From positions 1 to 47,321 of IMG/VR virus record IMGVR_UViG_3300017785_009685: a stretch of 47,321 nt of DNA. The stretch is one strand, 5' to 3'. Shown here piece after piece: positions 43,206 through 47,321 of the stretch. Position 1 is the stretch's first letter. Each line of letters starts with the position of its first letter. The DNA is from a virus. Lineage: Duplodnaviria; Caudoviricetes. A model generated the notes under the pieces. It was not told the origin of the DNA and ran no database searches. It saw nothing but the letters and a program-made list of their open reading frames with translations. Made by a program: the position numbers and the translations under genes.

Positions 43206-43507
43206 AGGCGCCCACGCCGGTGTTCACCATGGCGGGCCTGCTGACGGGGCTGGGACTGGTGTTCATCGTGGATTGCCGGGTCAACTCGACGAAGTTCGAT
43301 GCCGGCTGCTACATGCAGGGGGTGGGACTGGCCACTGGAGCTGGCGGGTTTGCCCTTGGGTATGCGACGCCGAACCCGGCGATCGATGCACGTCGTCGCA
43401 GGGAGATCCTCGAGGACCTGTACCGGATGCCGCCTGCAGGTCCGCCGCCGCCGAAGCCACCGGATCCGCCGGTAAGCCTGGGCGGACCGATGTCGTTCGG
43501 CAAGTGA
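43202..43507 (+). CDS. small two-TM membrane protein (holin-like)
   Basis: Two hydrophobic segments, GYATPNP motif and charged tail; ATGA-coupled to the PAS gene. Confidence 0.55.
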   Translation: MKAPTPVFTMAGLLTGLGLVFIVDCRVNSTKFDAGCYMQGVGLATGAGGFALGYATPNPAIDARRRREILEDLYRMPPAGPPPPKPPDPPVSLGGPMSFGK

Positions 43508-43664
43508 AGCAAGGGTGTGGGGCTGGTGTACCAGCCAGCCCCGGGTCTGCGGTGTTGGCGACCGCAGCACGGTGCCTTCTTACGGAAGGCTGAGCCAGCG
43601 TAGCGCAAGCTCAGGAGAGCACCTCGAAAGCCGACGATAGACTGGGCCTGCTTTCTACCCGGGC

Positions 43665-43886
43665 GTGGACGTGATCACCAGCCGTTTCGCGATGCAGAGC
43701 CCGGAGCTGCGCCGCCTCTACATCGACATGGGCCTCGTCCCCAGTGAAGATCATTTTCTCCGTGAGCTGCTAGAAGACATGACCGAGGAGCAGATCGTGG
43801 CGGCGGCGCGCCAGCTGGAGGCGCGGAACGCTGAACTTGCCAGACACAAGAACTATTCCGACGACGGGGAGTTGCTCCCCTTCTAG
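43665..43886 (+). CDS. hypothetical protein
   Basis: 73 aa preceded by a TAGACT box at 43638. Confidence 0.55.
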   Translation: MDVITSRFAMQSPELRRLYIDMGLVPSEDHFLRELLEDMTEEQIVAAARQLEARNAELARHKNYSDDGELLPF

Positions 43887-43899
43887 GGGCGGCTCCCGC

Positions 43900-44709
43900 T
43901 CAGGCGGTCACCAGCTCCTTCTGCTTGGCGGCCGGCAGGGCATGCAGCTCCTCGAGGGTGAGCCCTGCCGCAGCTGCTGCCGTCTCCTGCTGCACCAGGT
44001 CCTGGTAGGCGCGCACCTTCTGGAGCCACTTGACCTCGAACTTCTTGAGCTCGGGCCCGTGGATCTGGAAGCGCTGGGTGATCTCAGGGGTGGAAGTGAG
44101 GATCTCGACGCGGTTGATGTGGATGCCGAGGGTTTCCTTGATGGCGATCTTGTAGGCGGCCAACTGGGTGGCGCACTTCAGGTACTTCATCCAGCCCCCG
44201 AAGGTGCCGCCGGCCTCGGTGACGGCCTCGTCGGGGTAGAAGCGGCAGTAGGGGTTGTTGGAGGTCTTGAAGTCCACCAGGAAGTGACTGCCATTGCGCA
44301 GGGCGATCAGGTCGGGGACACCGGCGTAGCGGTATTCGAGTGAATACACCATGGCGATGCCGCTCTCGGCGTCGATCAGGTGGCGGTGTTGGGGCAGCAG
44401 CGGCACCTCGCTCCAGATGAAGGAGTCGTAGGAATCCAGGTGTCGGGCCAGGCCATCCCAGTAGCAGTGGATCTCGGGTGGGACCGAGACCGGACGGCCG
44501 CGGACGTAATCCTCACAGGCGGCGTGGATGGCGGTGCCCCGCTCAGCGGCCGCTTCCCGCCCGCCAGGGTTGTTGGCCAGCCAGTTGTTCAGGGCCGCCT
44601 TGCTGGCGGCCGTGGCGGTCGCTCCAAGGACAGTCGTGACCGAGGGGACATAGACCTCCGGTGCGACCTGATAGTGCCGCCTGCCGTTGATCTCGAGGCG
44701 AATCGGCAC
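43900..44709 (-). CDS. PD-(D/E)XK exonuclease
   Basis: PSVTTVL, RGTAIH, YAGVPD, LVDFKTS, QLAAY. Confidence 0.88.
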   Translation of the reverse strand: MPIRLEINGRRHYQVAPEVYVPSVTTVLGATATAASKAALNNWLANNPGGREAAAERGTAIHAACEDYVRGRPVSVPPEIHCYWDGLARHLDSYDSFIWSEVPLLPQHRHLIDAESGIAMVYSLEYRYAGVPDLIALRNGSHFLVDFKTSNNPYCRFYPDEAVTEAGGTFGGWMKYLKCATQLAAYKIAIKETLGIHINRVEILTSTPEITQRFQIHGPELKKFEVKWLQKVRAYQDLVQQETAAAAAGLTLEELHALPAAKQKELVTA

Positions 44710-44775
44710 GGAGGCGTCTCATGTGAGACCCACTGTAGGAGCCGTGTCTGGCAAGGCACCAGGCGACGGCGAGCA

Positions 44776-45096
44776 TCATCGCCGGCCGACCAGGATCAGC
44801 TGCCAGTTGCAGATCAAGCTGCTGCTCACCTGGCAGGTCCAGAGCCGGCCGTCGCGATCGACGGCGAACAACTGCTGCCAACCGTGATCGCGGGGGCTGG
44901 CGGCCAGGGACTGGATGCTGGTGGGCTTCAGGTTCAGCGCTGAGGCGGAGTCGGTCTTGGCGGTAGCGCGCGCAGAGAAGTCGGAAGGGACGAACAGGGC
45001 CACGCCGTTGGCCAGCAGCAGGGCGGCCAGGCCGCCCCAGATCCATTGCCTGCCGCGGCATTCCCGTGCCGCTTCGGTGCTGCCCTGGTCCGCCAT
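44776..45096 (-). CDS. hypothetical exported/membrane protein
   Basis: Hydrophobic segment IWGGLAALLLANGVALFV; start ATG 45096 downstream of a terminator. Confidence 0.5.
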   Translation of the reverse strand: MADQGSTEAARECRGRQWIWGGLAALLLANGVALFVPSDFSARATAKTDSASALNLKPTSIQSLAASPRDHGWQQLFAVDRDGRLWTCQVSSSLICNWQLILVGRR

Positions 45097-45157
45097 TGCT
45101 GCTTGTGCTGGAACCCCAAGGCTATCGAGGCTGGTGCCTGAGCATGCACGGTGGGGC

Positions 45158-45192
45158 AAAAGAAAACGCCCCGACCAATGGCCAGGGCGTTC
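45158..45192 (-). terminator. Rho-independent terminator
   Basis: Minus strand GAACGCCCTGGCC-ATT-GGTCGGGGCGTTT then TCTTTT. Confidence 0.7.
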
Positions 45193-45234
45193 TCCAGGGT
45201 TCCCTTCACTGATCCCGGGATCAGGGTACACCAG

Positions 45235-45405
45235 CTAGGGCTTGCGGGTGAAGCGGACGTAGGTCCAGCCCTTGCCCGGCAGCAGCCGCATCAGCAGCTT
45301 GCGCCACCAGGGGGTCTTGTAGCGGGCCATGCCCTTGGTGATGCGGACGTCGCTGATCTGGCCCATGAAGTCGTGCTTCCAGTCGGAGGGTTGGGGCTTG
45401 CTCAT
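45235..45405 (-). CDS. hypothetical protein (56 aa)
   Basis: Not in the ORF track; ATGA-coupled; MSKPQPSDWKHDFMGQISDVRITKGMARYKTPWWRKLLMRLLPGKGWTYVRFTRKP. Confidence 0.55.
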   Translation of the reverse strand: MSKPQPSDWKHDFMGQISDVRITKGMARYKTPWWRKLLMRLLPGKGWTYVRFTRKP

Positions 45406-45875
45406 GAGTCGAGGTCGGTCCAGTCGGAGCCGGGTTCAGGGACAGCATCTTTCCACGGATCGCCAGCGGTGCCCATGACATTGGCCAGCAGGTCCTTGCC
45501 CTGCTGAGCCTGGCGGTAGGCCCCCATCTCCTCGAGGGCGTCGCGGGTCATCGGGGCCACGGCCTTCATGACATCGGGGATCTTCATCGTCCCCAACTCC
45601 TTGTGGAGTTTGATCGACAGCAGGGGCCCCAGCAGGGTGAGATAGGCCATGGTGTATTGGTCCATCTGGTAGGCCCCGAAGCTGGCGCCAGAGTTGGTGA
45701 AGCCCTCGACGTTGAGGTCGAGGGACTTGAGGCGCTGCAGCAGCTCGTGCTGATTGCCAGCCATCGCCGTGAGCTGGGCAGACTGGAACTCCAGATGGGA
45801 GGCGATCCCATCGAGGCGGTCAATCAGCTTCTTCACCAGGTCCGGCAGGGTCGGCTGATTCTGCGGGTTTGTCAT
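45402..45875 (-). CDS. hypothetical coiled-coil protein
   Basis: 157 aa, high GC3. Confidence 0.65.
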   Translation of the reverse strand: MTNPQNQPTLPDLVKKLIDRLDGIASHLEFQSAQLTAMAGNQHELLQRLKSLDLNVEGFTNSGASFGAYQMDQYTMAYLTLLGPLLSIKLHKELGTMKIPDVMKAVAPMTRDALEEMGAYRQAQQGKDLLANVMGTAGDPWKDAVPEPGSDWTDLDS

Positions 45876-46116
45876 GGGACTCGTCGGAAAGGATGGAAGC
45901 GCCGCGGAAGGCGCGGGTCAGGAGCAGGGCCCCGCGTTGCACAGGGCCAAGGAGCGCCCAGGCTTGCGCCAGCAGCTGCTCGTCACTCTGGCTGAGGATG
46001 CTCTTGACGTCCTGGGGCCCGGTCGCTTTCTCCAGTCTTTCGAGGATCTCGGCGACAGATAGCGATGACCACTGGGGTCTCGAGGGGGGTGGGTACGCAC
46101 ACGGTTGAGCTGTCAT
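45820..46116 (-). CDS. hypothetical protein
   Basis: Probable start MTAQPC at 46116. Confidence 0.5.
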   Translation of the reverse strand: MTAQPCAYPPPSRPQWSSLSVAEILERLEKATGPQDVKSILSQSDEQLLAQAWALLGPVQRGALLLTRAFRGASILSDESHDKPAESADPAGPGEEAD

Positions 46117-46372
46117 GGGGTGCGCAGGTGCGAGTGGTGTGATGGACGATGCGGTAGGAGTCGATGGCACCTTCAAGCAGTAGCGCTCGGCACGCCTGGT
46201 CGCAGTGTTCTGGCCTGTGTTCGCTGAACGGCGCGATGGGCAGGACGTGAATGTCCTGTGTGGCCGTGCGTGAAAAGGGCAGCTGGCGCTGCCGGTCAAG
46301 GCATTCGCGCAGGCCGGTCTTGATGTTGTCGACGATTTGATCGAAGGAAACAGCGCAAGCCTGGAGACTCAT
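45983..46372 (-). CDS. hypothetical protein
   Basis: 129-aa ORF; its 3' part overlaps the next gene. Confidence 0.45.
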   Translation of the reverse strand: MSLQACAVSFDQIVDNIKTGLRECLDRQRQLPFSRTATQDIHVLPIAPFSEHRPEHCDQACRALLLEGAIDSYRIVHHTTRTCAPHDSSTVCVPTPLETPVVIAICRRDPRKTGESDRAPGRQEHPQPE

Positions 46373-46386
46373 GGAATGATCTTGAA

Positions 46387-46587
46387 ATGATGAGATGACT
46401 GAGGGTCAAGGCGTTGGAGCAGGCGTCTCATGACCAGCTGCTGGAGCTGGCAAGGACGATCGCTTACGCCTTGATGGTGGTAGAGCCGAGCGCCAAGCGC
46501 TGGCTGGTGCGCTCGGCTACCGCTCGCAGTGGTTCGGCTGCGGAGGCGGCAATGGTGTTGCTAGGCGACCCGGCTGACGCAGGGTAA
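46387..46587 (+). pseudogene. small helical ORF with in-frame TGA, weakly NblA-like
   Basis: MMR*LRVKALEQASHDQLLELARTIAYALMVVEPSAKRWLVRS...; followed by hairpins. Confidence 0.3.
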
Positions 46588-46602
46588 CGCAAGTTGATGC
46601 AA

Positions 46603-46666
46603 GAAAGCTGCACATTTGAGGTAAATGCGCAGCTTTCGAGCCCTAAACCACCAGGCTTGGTGGTTT
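46603..46666. terminator. two tandem hairpins, probable bidirectional terminators
   Basis: GAAAGCTGCaCATTT-gaggt-AAATGcGCAGCTTTC (46603-46637) and AAACCACCA-ggct-TGGTGGTTT (46645-46666) between convergent ORFs. Confidence 0.6.
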
Positions 46667-46701
46667 CTAGAGCTAAATAATTATTACTTCCGTCTTAACT
46701 G

Positions 46702-47321
46702 CTACCACGAAGAGGCGTCGCCAGGCTGATCAGCACTGGGTGCCACCGCTGCACCGAGGGCGTCGGTCGCCTCAGGCGGCTGGCCCTTGGGCTTGGCCTT
46801 GCCTTTGGGGGTGGCGGGCCGCCCGGCGAACGGGTCCGCCCCATCGAAGAGCGCCGGCAGCCAGATGCCGTCACGGGCCTTCTCCCAGCGCTCGATCGCC
46901 GCCGGGGTGGCGGGCTTCAGGGCGGGGATGGCGGAGTAGACGGTGTCTTTTTTGATGCCGGTGCGGTTGATCGCGAAGTAGTAGGGGGCGATGGCGTCAC
47001 CCTCGTACTGGTAGTCGTCAATCGCAAAGGTGCGCTCCAGCTGTTCGCGCAGCTTGAGCTGGGGTACGAACAGAACCGAGAACTGGTCGGTCTCCTTGGA
47101 GAGGACCACAATCGCCATGCAGTACTTCGGGGTGTCCTTCTCGCCGGTGTTCTGGGTCTTGCCGGCGTAGCTCAGGCCGATGTCCTCGAGGTAGTCCTCC
47201 GGGAAGTCGACGAAGCGCCGAGATTTCTTGGCGGTCTCGGAGTAGTACTCGTAGCCGCAGATCAGGTGGCCGCTGCTGTAGGTGCCGCAGGGGCGGACGT
47301 TGACCGTCTAGCCATCGGACA
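46702..47321 (-). CDS. partial single-stranded DNA-binding-like protein (5' end outside window)
   Basis: Frame stays open with coding-type codon usage well upstream of the track's ATG (GYEYY, RTGIKKDTVY, LPALFDGADPF); in-frame TAG at 47308-47310. Confidence 0.6.

Noticed and set aside
43900-44709. Cas4/CRISPR system
   Set aside because: No Fe-S cysteine cluster, other cas genes or repeat-spacer array; this is an ordinary phage exonuclease.
1-47321. Genome-wide TAG recoding (genetic code 15)
   Set aside because: Long genes contain no internal TAG, several genes end plausibly at TAG, and no suppressor tRNA is visible. Kept only as local observations.

Overview
This is a 47-kb GC-rich segment of a temperate tailed phage, most likely infecting a freshwater picocyanobacterium (Cyanobium/Synechococcus type). 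The host inference rests on a DUF3288-like gene, a cyanobacterial-type ThyX and integrase, and a capsid that from memory resembles S-EIV1-like cyanophages. Positions 1-22 kb hold virion genes transcribed outward from a junction at about 14.1 kb: fibre and LamG genes leftward, major capsid and associated genes rightward. Two tandem degenerate LAGLIDADG genes sit head-to-head with the capsid gene. The centre carries an attP built on the 3' half of tRNA(CAT) with arm-type repeats, a tyrosine integrase, a probable excisionase and a lysozyme-M23 fusion. The right part encodes nucleotide metabolism and replication (intein-containing class II RNR, ThyX, dCMP deaminase, primase-helicase, PD-(D/E)XK exonuclease, partial SSB-like gene), an XRE repressor and a membrane-anchored PAS protein. 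I found no terminase, portal, DNA polymerase, reverse transcriptase or CRISPR array in the window. The most notable observations are: a stand-alone membrane PAS sensor plus a holin-like gene sharing a 16-bp upstream motif with a tail gene; an N-terminal module shared by a fibre and a helix-hairpin-helix protein; the dead LAGLIDADG pair; and three genes with single in-frame stops. All family assignments come from motif recognition by eye, not database searches.
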